Shown here: in pieces, positions 17,214 through 24,496 of the stretch
How the letters are laid out: each line of letters opens with the position of its first letter
Position numbering within the stretch: the stretch's first letter is position 1
The notes under the pieces: model-generated
Databases searched by the model: none
What the model was told of the DNA's origin: nothing
Seen by the model: only the letters and a program-made list of their open reading frames with translations
Position numbers and translations under genes: made by a program
Assembly: GCF_000015585.1 (NCBI RefSeq)
Contig: NC_008789.1
Coordinates: 990,001-1,022,000, forward strand
Length of the DNA: 32,000 nt
Direction: 5' to 3'
DNA from: Halorhodospira halophila SL1
GTDB taxonomy: Bacteria; Pseudomonadota; Gammaproteobacteria; Nitrococcales; Halorhodospiraceae

Positions 17214-18226
17214 CGCTCTCCGCCCCCGATCCCGTCGGCATCGACCCGCAATGCCCAGCCCGGCCCCGGCGCCGGCTCCGGCACCCACCCCCGCCAGACC
17301 AGCCACACCCGGCCGGCGTCGGCGTCGATCCCCAGGGTGTCCGCCTGCACCGTCACCCGCTGTCCGCGCCCCGGGCGGTGCAGGGTGACCTGCGGACCGC
17401 CGCCGGGCAGTTGCCAGATGACCGTGTGGTCCGGGTCCACCCCAGGGAGGACCCCCTGCAGGCGGATGCGCTCGTCGCCGCACAACGGGGTGTCGAGGCA
17501 CTGGTCTGCCGGGGCGGCATTCCAGGCGTCGGGCCGGGGCAGGCGGCGGTAGCGCAGCTGGCCCTGGCGATAGGCATGGGCATCCAGGCGCCCGAAACGC
17601 CGGGCCCGGGGCGCCCAGGCCGCCGCCAGAGGCCCGAAGCCGGCGGGCGCCCCGCGCCGGGTGGCGCGGTGGTCGTCCCACAGCAGCCGGGGCGACGGCC
17701 CGGCGGCGGCACCCCACCACGCCGCCCGATGCCCCCGGCCCACCGGGTTGCGAGCGTAACGCCGGTGCCGCGGCCCACCGAGTGGTCCGCCGTAGGCCAG
17801 TTCGTAGGTGAGCGGCACCGGCCCCTCCAGCGCACCGGGCGGATCGGAGGCCCGCGGCGGCGGCTCGGCCACCGCCCACACCCGCTTGGGGCCGAACCGG
17901 GGCCGGCCGCCGGCGTCCTCGACCCCCAGACAGGCCGCTGCCTGCGACCGCCCGGGGCCGACCTGTACCGCGCCGTGGAGCAGGCACTCGGCCCCGTGCT
18001 TGAAGGGAACGCAGTCGGGTGCGGTGAGCGGGGCGTGAGCGGCGGGATCACCGGCGTAGCGTTCGGCGGTCTCCAGCGCCGGCGTGTCGTCATCGAGGCG
18101 CAGCCGGGCGGCATCGCCGCCGCGGAAGCCGGCCTTGACCGCCACCGCGATCCCCGGGCACCCAGCGGCATCGAGGTCCACCCAGGCCCGCGCATCCAGC
18201 GGCCCCTGGACCGAGACAGGCAACAT
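17210..18226 (-). CDS. DUF2169-family T6SS adaptor protein
   Basis: The 338-aa protein carries the DUF2169 landmarks in order: AVAVKAGF, DCVPFKHGAECLLHGAV, GPKRVWAV, VPLTYELAYGGP, NPVGRG, PAGFGPLAAAWAPRARRFG, LPRPDAWNAAPADQ, LCGDERIRLQGVLPG and VQADTLGIDADAGRVWLVWRG. Confidence 0.85.
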   Translation of the reverse strand: MLPVSVQGPLDARAWVDLDAAGCPGIAVAVKAGFRGGDAARLRLDDDTPALETAERYAGDPAAHAPLTAPDCVPFKHGAECLLHGAVQVGPGRSQAAACLGVEDAGGRPRFGPKRVWAVAEPPPRASDPPGALEGPVPLTYELAYGGPLGGPRHRRYARNPVGRGHRAAWWGAAAGPSPRLLWDDHRATRRGAPAGFGPLAAAWAPRARRFGRLDAHAYRQGQLRYRRLPRPDAWNAAPADQCLDTPLCGDERIRLQGVLPGVDPDHTVIWQLPGGGPQVTLHRPGRGQRVTVQADTLGIDADAGRVWLVWRGWVPEPAPGPGWALRVDADGIGGGER

Positions 18227-18237
18227 TCCAGGGCACC

Positions 18238-18699
18238 TCAGTTGATGGCGACGCGGGCCCCGCGGATGCGGTGCTCGCCGCGGGCCCTGGCCTCGACCAC
18301 CTCGCCGTCGATGCGGATGGCGCCGTCGGCACCGAGTTCCAACTCGGCGCCGGCCACCTCGAGGCGGATGCTGCCGTGCTCGGCCCGCAGCAGGTAGCTG
18401 CCGTCGGGGCGGCGCTCCAGGCCCGCACGGGGCGGTTCATCGGCATCGGCGAGGGCGTGGATCAGGTAGAGCCCCTGATCGGCTGGGTCGAGCAGTGCCA
18501 CCACCCGATCGCCGGGCTTGAGTGCGGAGAGCTCGCGGGCGTGGCCGGCCACGGGCCACTCGGTGATCCCCTCGGGGGTGTCGACGGCCACACGGGTGGC
18601 CCGGCCCTGACGGCTGGTGGTGAGAACCTCCGCCCAGCAGACGGCGGTGGCGGCGTACAGGCCCACGGGTACGGGGCCGAGAACCGGATCATCTTCCAT
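18238..18699 (-). CDS. Small gp5/gpV-like spike protein (OB-fold plus short beta-helix) lacking the VgrG gp27 hub domain
   Basis: The 153-aa protein starts at ATG 18699, with GGGAG about 10 nt upstream. The N-terminal half (VGLYAATAVCWAEVLTTSRQGRATRVAVDTPEGITEWPVAG...LKPGDRVVALLDPADQGLYLIHAL) fits the baseplate-V / VgrG gp5 OB-fold pattern (..W.pv....P.vGD.V.v.f..GD...p.i.g.l). The C-terminus (GSIRLEVAGAELELGADGAIRIDGEVVEARARGEHRIRGARVAIN) looks like gp5_C beta-helix repeats. The track's 365-aa ORF extension runs antisense through bioA and is not VgrG-like. Confidence 0.68.
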   Translation of the reverse strand: MEDDPVLGPVPVGLYAATAVCWAEVLTTSRQGRATRVAVDTPEGITEWPVAGHARELSALKPGDRVVALLDPADQGLYLIHALADADEPPRAGLERRPDGSYLLRAEHGSIRLEVAGAELELGADGAIRIDGEVVEARARGEHRIRGARVAIN

Positions 18700-18879
18700 G
18701 ACGATCGTGCTCCCTGTGGTAGACCATCCTTGGTGGTTGTTATTAAGGAACACCGTTCGCCAGCGTCCCGTCAACCCGACAGGGCGCGCGGATTGTCGCC
18801 GGCACGCTGGACCCATTCGCCGGCACGAGGCAGACTCCCGCCCGGCGAGCCGCGACCCACCACTGCCCGGAGCCCGGCC

Positions 18880-20238
18880 ATGAACGACCGCAACAGCGAA
18901 CTGATCCGCCGCGACCTCAACGTCCTGTTCCATCCGACCACGCAGATGAAGGACCACCACGACGGGCTGCCCCTGATCCCGGTGGAGGCCGGCCGCGGTG
19001 CGTGGCTCCAGGATCGCAACGGCAAGTGGTACCTGGACGCCATCAGCTCCTGGTGGGTGAACCTGTTCGGCCACTGCAACCCGCGGATCAACGAAGCGAT
19101 CCGCAACCAGCTCGACCGGCTCGAGCACGTGATCCTGGCCGGTTGCTCCCACGAGCCGGCGGTGGAGTTGGCCGAGCGCCTGGTGGACCTGACCCCGCCG
19201 GGGCTGGAGCGGGTCTTCTTCACCGACAACGGCTCGTCGAGCATCGAGGTGGCCCTGAAGATGAGCCACCACTACTGGCGCAACACCGGCCACCCGGAGA
19301 AGACGCGCTACATCAACCTCTCCAACAGCTACCACGGCGACACCATCGGTGCGCTGAGCGTCGGCGATGTAGGGGTGTTCAAGGACGCCTACAAACCGCT
19401 ACTCATGGAGCCGATCACCGTGCCGTCGCCGGATTGTTTCCACCGTGAACCCGGCACGGACTGGGCGGAGCACTCCGAGCAGATGTTCGCCCACATGGAG
19501 GCGGCGCTGCAGGAGCACGGCCACGAGACGGCGGCGGTCATCCTCGAGCCCCTGGTCCAGGGGGCCGGCGGCATGCGCATGTACCACCCGGTCTACCTGC
19601 AGCGCCTGCGCGAGGCCTGCGACCGCCACGGGGTGCACCTGATCGCCGATGAGATCGCCACCGGATTCGGCCGCACCGGCACGCTATTCGCCTGCGAGCA
19701 GGCCGGCATCGCGCCGGATTTCATGTGTGTCTCCAAGGGCATCACCGGCGGCTACCTACCCCTGGCCGCGGTCCTGCTCAGCGAGCCCATCTACCAGGCC
19801 TTCTTCGACGACTTCACCCGGCTGACCGGCTTCCTGCACTCGCACAGCTACACCGGCAACCCGCTGGCCTGCGCGGCCGCCCTGGCGACGCTGGGGATCT
19901 TCGAAAGCGACCAGGTGCTGGCGCACAACCGCGACACCGCCCGGCGCATGGCCGAGGCCGCCGCACCCCTGGCCGACCACCCGCGGATCGGCGAAGTCCG
20001 CCAGCAGGGCATGATCCTGGCCATGGAGATGGTGCGCGATCCGGCCCGCAAGACGCCCTTCCCCTGGCAGGAACGGCGCGGTCTGATCGCCTACCGCCAC
20101 GCCCTGGAGCGCGGCGTGCTGATGCGCCCGATCGGCAATGTGCTCTACTGGATGCCGCCCTACGTGATCGAGCCGGACGAGATCGCCCTGCTCGGCGAGG
20201 TGGCCGCCGAGGCCGTCGACCGGGCCACCCGGGACTAA
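18880..20238 (+). CDS. bioA: Adenosylmethionine-8-amino-7-oxononanoate aminotransferase
   Basis: The protein is colinear with E. coli BioA: HPTTQM, DAISSWWVNLFGH, FFTDNGSSSIEVALKM, YHGDTIGALSVGD, LIADEIATGFGRTG and CVSKGITGGYLPLAA (the PLP lysine). The start is ATG 18880; the track ORF begins upstream at 18271. Confidence 0.95.
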   Translation: MNDRNSELIRRDLNVLFHPTTQMKDHHDGLPLIPVEAGRGAWLQDRNGKWYLDAISSWWVNLFGHCNPRINEAIRNQLDRLEHVILAGCSHEPAVELAERLVDLTPPGLERVFFTDNGSSSIEVALKMSHHYWRNTGHPEKTRYINLSNSYHGDTIGALSVGDVGVFKDAYKPLLMEPITVPSPDCFHREPGTDWAEHSEQMFAHMEAALQEHGHETAAVILEPLVQGAGGMRMYHPVYLQRLREACDRHGVHLIADEIATGFGRTGTLFACEQAGIAPDFMCVSKGITGGYLPLAAVLLSEPIYQAFFDDFTRLTGFLHSHSYTGNPLACAAALATLGIFESDQVLAHNRDTARRMAEAAAPLADHPRIGEVRQQGMILAMEMVRDPARKTPFPWQERRGLIAYRHALERGVLMRPIGNVLYWMPPYVIEPDEIALLGEVAAEAVDRATRD

Positions 20239-20280
20239 GCACCCGGCAGGGATCACGCACCAAGACGGAGAGAGTCCGGC

Positions 20281-21003
20281 ATGCCCCGCCTCTACATCGC
20301 CCAGCCCCTGAGCGCCGCAGCGGTGATCGAACTCACCGCCGACGCCGCCGCCCACGCCCGGGCGCTGCGCCTGCGCCCCGGCGATGCGGTGACCCTATTC
20401 AACGGCGAGGGCGGCGAGCACCCGAGCGAGGTCGTGGCGGTGGAGCGGCGCCGGGTAACGGTACGCGTGGGCGCCCACGACCCCACTGAGCGCGAGCTGC
20501 CGGCGGCCGTTCAACTACTGCAGGCGGTAGGCAAGGGCGAACGCATGGACACTGCGGTGGAGAAGGCGACCGAGCTGGGGGTCAGCGAGATCGTGCCGGT
20601 GCTCACCGAGCGCACCGTGGTGCGGCTGAATGATCCGCAGCGCGCCGCCAAGCGCCGCCGGCACTGGGAGGCGGTGGCGCGGGCCGCCTGCGAGCAGTGC
20701 GGGCGCAACACGCCGCCGCGGGTGGCCGAGCCGGTGCCGTTGGCGCAGGCCTGGGGGCACAGCCGGGATTACCCGCTGCGCCTGACCCTGGACCCGCTGG
20801 CCGACCCCCGCCTCAGCGAACTCACCGGGGCGCAGGCCACCTCGCTGCTCATCGGCCCCGAGGGCGGGCTCAGCCCGACGGAGCTGGAGGCGGCCGGCGA
20901 ACACGGTTTCCTCCGCGGGCGGGTGGGCCCCCGGGTCCTGCGCACGGAGACCGCCGCCGTGGTCGCCCTCGCCGCCGTCGGCCTCGCCCTGGGCGAACTC
21001 TAG
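20281..21003 (+). CDS. rsmE: 16S rRNA (uracil1498-N3)-methyltransferase
   Basis: The N-terminus MPRLYIAQPL...HARALRLRPGDAVTLFNGEGGEH and the C-terminal SPOUT motif LLIGPEGGLSPTELE...RVLRTETAAV are both present. Confidence 0.9.
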   Translation: MPRLYIAQPLSAAAVIELTADAAAHARALRLRPGDAVTLFNGEGGEHPSEVVAVERRRVTVRVGAHDPTERELPAAVQLLQAVGKGERMDTAVEKATELGVSEIVPVLTERTVVRLNDPQRAAKRRRHWEAVARAACEQCGRNTPPRVAEPVPLAQAWGHSRDYPLRLTLDPLADPRLSELTGAQATSLLIGPEGGLSPTELEAAGEHGFLRGRVGPRVLRTETAAVVALAAVGLALGEL

Positions 21004-23504
21004 CCCGGCTCGCCGCCCTCCAGTGCAGCGCACGCCTGGGCCAGGGCGTCGGCAAGCTGGCCCTCGTCGTAGGGCTTGAGCAGCACCCGCGCCGCGCCCA
21101 GCCCCGCGGCCGCGAGCCGCTCCTGATCGACGGCCCGGGTGCTCACCGCGACCACCGCCCCGGCGGCGATCCCGGCCTCGGCCACCAGGCGCTGGAGCAC
21201 GCCGAGCCCCTCCTCGTGCTGGAGCATCTCCATCTCCAGGTCGATGAGCACCGCCCGCGGCGCGCGCTCGGCCACGGCGCGCCGCGCCTCGTCGAGGCCG
21301 GCGGCGCCCTCCGGGTCGAAGCCCTGGCGCGCCAGCCGATGACCGGTGATCCGGCGCATGGTGCGCGAGTCGTCGAGGACCAGGATGCGAGGCCGCTCGG
21401 GGGCCTCGCCGGGGGGCTGCTCCGCGGCCTTCGCCCCGCGCATGGGCAGCCGCAGGGTGAAGCGGGCGCCGGCCCCCGGGGCGCTCTGCATCTCCAGCGT
21501 GCCACCGAGTTCGTGGACCACGCCGGCGACCTCGTCCATGCCCATGCCGGCCCCCGGGTCGCCCTCCGGCCCCAGCGTGGAGACCCCCGGCAGGCAGATC
21601 AGGCTCAGCGCCTCATCGTCGCTGAGGGCCGCGGTGGGCTCGTTGGGGTCGTAGTCGGAGACCTGGCGCTGCAGCGCCTCGGTGTCGAGTCCGGCGCCGT
21701 CGTCACTGACCACCAGCAGCACCTCGTCCTGGCCGTAGCGCAGGCTGAGCCCAACTCGGCCGACCTCCGGCTTACCGGCGGCACTGCGCGCCTCGGGGGG
21801 TTCAATACCGTGGCGCACGGCGTTGCGCAGCAGGTGCTCCAGCGCCGGCCGCAGGGCCTCCAGATAGGCCTCGGGCAGCGCGCGGGACGCCCCCTCCACG
21901 ACCAGCTCGACACGCCGGCCATACTCGCCGGCGGTGGCGTGGACCTGTCGATCGAGGGCGTCGATGTCCGGCTCCAGGGTCGCCAGCGCCGGCTCGGGGT
22001 CACGAGCCGGTTCCGCGACCGGAGCCGACTCGGTGGCGGGATCCGGCGGGTCGGCGTCCGCGTCGGCGGCCTCGTCCTCCGTTGCGGCCAATTCGGCGGC
22101 CAGGGCGTCGCCGAGCACCTCGGCGCTGGATCCGGTCTGCAGCTCCCAGCCATCCTCCGCAGGGGACGGCTCCGGGTCCTCGTCGGCCCACAGCTCGCCG
22201 TAATCGAAGGCCGCCGCTTCAGCGTCCGGCTCGGCGCCCGGCTCCGCGGTGTGACCCAGGACCTCGCGGCGCAGCACGCCGACCCGGTCGGCCAGTTGCT
22301 CCAGTTCGTGGCGCAGGCGCTGAGCGGTCCCGGCGGTAGCGCCATCCGCCAGCGCCGTGGCCACCTCGCCCTCGAGTTCGTGGCAGTGGGCGAAGAACTC
22401 GGTGAGGCCAGCGAAGCGCGCCCCGCCCTTGAGGGTGTGCAGGATGCGCTGGATGGCCAGCCCCGCCTCTGGGTCGCCGGCGCGCCAGCGCTGCAGGGCG
22501 GCGCCGATCTGCGACAGCGCCGGCCCCACCTCGGCGTAGAACAGCGCCTGCAGATCGACGTCGCTGCGCACCAGCGCCCGCGAGGCCGCCCCGGCCTCAT
22601 CCTCGGCCGGGGGCGGCATGGCCAGGGTGGCCCCGGGCAAGCGCCGGGCGGCCGCCTGGACCTGGCCCACCCGGCCGGTGCCCGGCGCCTCGGTGAGCGG
22701 CTGGAGCAGCGCCTCGGCCATGCTCGATTCGGGGAGCCCGCCCACTGCACCGTGCTCGAGCAGCCGGCGCAGCTCGCGGTCGTAGGCGGCAATCGCCCGC
22801 TTCTGCCCCGGATCCAGGGTCTCGCCCTGCTCCAGCAGATCGAGCACCGCCAGGGCGCTCCAGCAGGCGCTGCCGGCGGCGCTGTCGCCCAGGGCCGCCT
22901 CCAGGGGCTCGAGGACGCCGCGCAGCTGGCCGAGGGCCCGGCGTTCGTCGCCGCGGATCAGCTCCAGGAGCCCGCGCTGGTAGGCCAGACGGCTGGTGCG
23001 GGCGGTCTCGGCGACCTCGCCGTGGGCCGCGGGCGCGCTCGGGTCAACGCACTGACGCAGCAGCGCCAGGCTGTCGTAGCGCGGCTGACCGCGGGCGCGG
23101 CGCAGCCCGTCGATGAGGCTGGCCAGCTCCGCCACCGGGTCCTCGGCCCGTACGGCGATGCGCTCGATGGCCCGGGGCAGCCGCAGCACGGCATCCATCA
23201 GGGCCGCGCGCAGCGGCTGGACCTCCACCCCGCCCTCGTCCGGCGACTGGTAGGCCCGTTCCAGGTCGGCCGCGGCGCCGCGCAGCTCGGCACTGAGGTG
23301 CTCGAGTTCGCGTACGCCGACGAACAGGAAACCGCCGTGCAGGCGCTGGAGCTCGCCGTGGAGCGCGGTCAGGGCGCCGGGCTCGTCACCCGCCTCCTGC
23401 AGACGCACCGCCGCGGCGCTGACGCTGTCGCGCAGTTCGGGCAGCAGCCGGGTCAGCTCGCGCCGGGGGTCGACGCCGAAGGCCTTGGTTCGTCGCTCAT
23501 CCAT
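21000..23504 (-). CDS. CheA/ChpA-like hybrid histidine kinase (Hpt, CheA-type HATPase and receiver domains; no CheW-like domain)
   Basis: The Hpt motif ILHTLKGGARFAGL, the CheA P4 signatures ALEHLLRNAVRHGIEPPEARSAAGKPEVGRV and VVSDDGAGLD, and a C-terminal REC domain (RILVLDDSRTMRR...VLIDLEMEM...LLKP) are present. A second, degenerate Hpt-like segment lies near the N-terminus (LHGELQRLHGGFLFVG). The start is uncertain: ATG 23504 is chosen here, and the track has TTG 23525. Confidence 0.8.
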   Translation of the reverse strand: MDERRTKAFGVDPRRELTRLLPELRDSVSAAAVRLQEAGDEPGALTALHGELQRLHGGFLFVGVRELEHLSAELRGAAADLERAYQSPDEGGVEVQPLRAALMDAVLRLPRAIERIAVRAEDPVAELASLIDGLRRARGQPRYDSLALLRQCVDPSAPAAHGEVAETARTSRLAYQRGLLELIRGDERRALGQLRGVLEPLEAALGDSAAGSACWSALAVLDLLEQGETLDPGQKRAIAAYDRELRRLLEHGAVGGLPESSMAEALLQPLTEAPGTGRVGQVQAAARRLPGATLAMPPPAEDEAGAASRALVRSDVDLQALFYAEVGPALSQIGAALQRWRAGDPEAGLAIQRILHTLKGGARFAGLTEFFAHCHELEGEVATALADGATAGTAQRLRHELEQLADRVGVLRREVLGHTAEPGAEPDAEAAAFDYGELWADEDPEPSPAEDGWELQTGSSAEVLGDALAAELAATEDEAADADADPPDPATESAPVAEPARDPEPALATLEPDIDALDRQVHATAGEYGRRVELVVEGASRALPEAYLEALRPALEHLLRNAVRHGIEPPEARSAAGKPEVGRVGLSLRYGQDEVLLVVSDDGAGLDTEALQRQVSDYDPNEPTAALSDDEALSLICLPGVSTLGPEGDPGAGMGMDEVAGVVHELGGTLEMQSAPGAGARFTLRLPMRGAKAAEQPPGEAPERPRILVLDDSRTMRRITGHRLARQGFDPEGAAGLDEARRAVAERAPRAVLIDLEMEMLQHEEGLGVLQRLVAEAGIAAGAVVAVSTRAVDQERLAAAGLGAARVLLKPYDEGQLADALAQACAALEGGEPG

Positions 23505-23551
23505 GGGTTGGTTACAATGCCACAAACCACTCAGCTGCCGTGAATCTGCCC

Positions 23552-24496
23552 ATGAGCGCCCGACTCGGCGTGGTGATGGACCCCATCGCCGCCATCAAGC
23601 CCCGCAAGGACTCCACCCTGGCCCTCCTGCTCGAGGCCCAGCGCCGCGGCTACGAGCTCTGGTACTTCCTGGCCACAGACCTCTACGCCGACGGCGGCGC
23701 CGCCTGCGGCCGCGGCCGACCGCTGACGGTCCGCGACGACGTGCACGACTGGTACACCGTGGGTGAGCCGCGAGCCATGCCCCTGGCGGAGCTCGACACC
23801 ATCCTCATGCGCGAGGACCCTCCGGTGGACGCCGGCTACATCAGCGCCACGCAGCTGCTGTCCCTGGCCGAGGCGCAGGGGGTCCGGGTGGTCAACCGGC
23901 CCGCGGCGCTGCGCGACGCCAACGAGAAGCTCTTCGCCCTGCACTGGCCGCACCTCTGCCCGGCCACCCGGGTGGCCGCCGACCCGGCACTGCTGCGCGG
24001 GTTCATCGCCGAGCAGGGCAAGGCGGTGCTCAAGCCCCTGGACGCCATGGGCGGGGCGTCGATCTTCGTCCTCGCCGACGGCGACCCGAATACCAGCGTG
24101 GTCCTGGAGACCCTCACCGACGGCGGACGGCGCTACGCCATGGCCCAAGAATACCTGCCGCGGATCGACGAGGGCGACAAGCGGGTCCTGGTCTTCGGTG
24201 GTGAGCCCTTCCCCCACGCCCTGGCGCGCATCCCGGCGCGGGGCGAGACCCGGGGCAACCTGGCGGCCGGCGGCCGCGGCGAGGCGGCACCGGTCACCGA
24301 ACGCGAGCGCGCCGTCTGCGCCGAGCTGGCCCCTACCCTGCGCGAGCGCGGCCTGGAACTGGTCGGCCTGGACTTCATCGGTGAGCGGCTCACCGAGATC
24401 AACGTCACCAGCCCCACCTGCTTTCGGGAGATCGACGCCCTGTGTGGCGTGAACACCGCCGGGGCCTTCTTCGACCACCTGGAGGGCTCGGCATGA
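23552..24496 (+). CDS. gshB: Glutathione synthetase
   Basis: MSARLGVVMDPIAAIKPRKDSTLALLLEAQRRGYEL is colinear with E. coli GshB (MIKLGIVMDPIANINIKKDSSFAMLLEAQRRGYEL). Further matches include KPLDAMGGASIF, ETRGNLAAGGRGE and LTEINVTSPTC. The track start is GTG 23540. Confidence 0.94.
   Translation: MSARLGVVMDPIAAIKPRKDSTLALLLEAQRRGYELWYFLATDLYADGGAACGRGRPLTVRDDVHDWYTVGEPRAMPLAELDTILMREDPPVDAGYISATQLLSLAEAQGVRVVNRPAALRDANEKLFALHWPHLCPATRVAADPALLRGFIAEQGKAVLKPLDAMGGASIFVLADGDPNTSVVLETLTDGGRRYAMAQEYLPRIDEGDKRVLVFGGEPFPHALARIPARGETRGNLAAGGRGEAAPVTERERAVCAELAPTLRERGLELVGLDFIGERLTEINVTSPTCFREIDALCGVNTAGAFFDHLEGSA

Noticed and set aside
16189-17241. The N-terminal 351 codons of the 1578-aa track ORF (12505..17241), which would make one giant effector
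   Set aside because: The translation is Arg/Pro/Gly/Ala-rich with no motifs (MPTGSGAESDEPRHHRPRAVRAAGRLARRRHRS...). It overlaps the well-formed KS-like gene in another frame. The recognisable DUF4150 domain begins right after GTG 16188, which forms a GTGA overlap with the upstream stop.
17214-17987. The N-terminal extension of the 600-aa ORF (16185..17987)
   Set aside because: It is a low-complexity Arg/Gly/Pro-rich translation that overlaps the DUF2169 gene, whose own frame shows family landmarks. ATG 17213 gives an ATGA coupling and a sensible N-terminus (MNHATTAPVLFEPL...).
18741-18774. A sigma-70-like promoter for the cassette (minus strand TTGACG ... TTAATA)
   Set aside because: The spacer between the two hexamers is 22 nt, against the canonical 16-18 nt. 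I note it in a finding but do not call it as a feature.
11680-18879. Mobile-element hallmarks for the cassette (integrase, transposase, tRNA target, long direct repeats)
   Set aside because: No such gene or RNA could be recognised in or next to the island in any frame. Only a short imperfect border motif was found, and it is reported separately at low interest.
18700-19335. The upstream extension of the spike ORF (365 aa), as a possible remnant of a full-length VgrG
   Set aside because: The extension is antisense to the clearly real bioA gene. It translates to V/G/A/R/D-rich shadow sequence with no gp27-like motifs. A good ATG with a GGGAG ribosome-binding site lies at 18699.
20697-23543. 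The 948-aa plus-strand ORF, and similar long ORFs at 4267..6051(+), 7845..9293(-), 25440..27134(-), 24133..25533(-), 13540..15027(+), 15643..16917(+), 17099..18397(+), 1948..3012(+), 997..1944(-), 9029..10093(+) and 23531..24508(-)
   Set aside because: All are antisense or frame-shifted shadows of genes with clear family signatures. Their translations are dominated by R/G/A/P/L/V/D/Q runs and carry no motifs. Long stop-free shadow frames are expected at this GC content.
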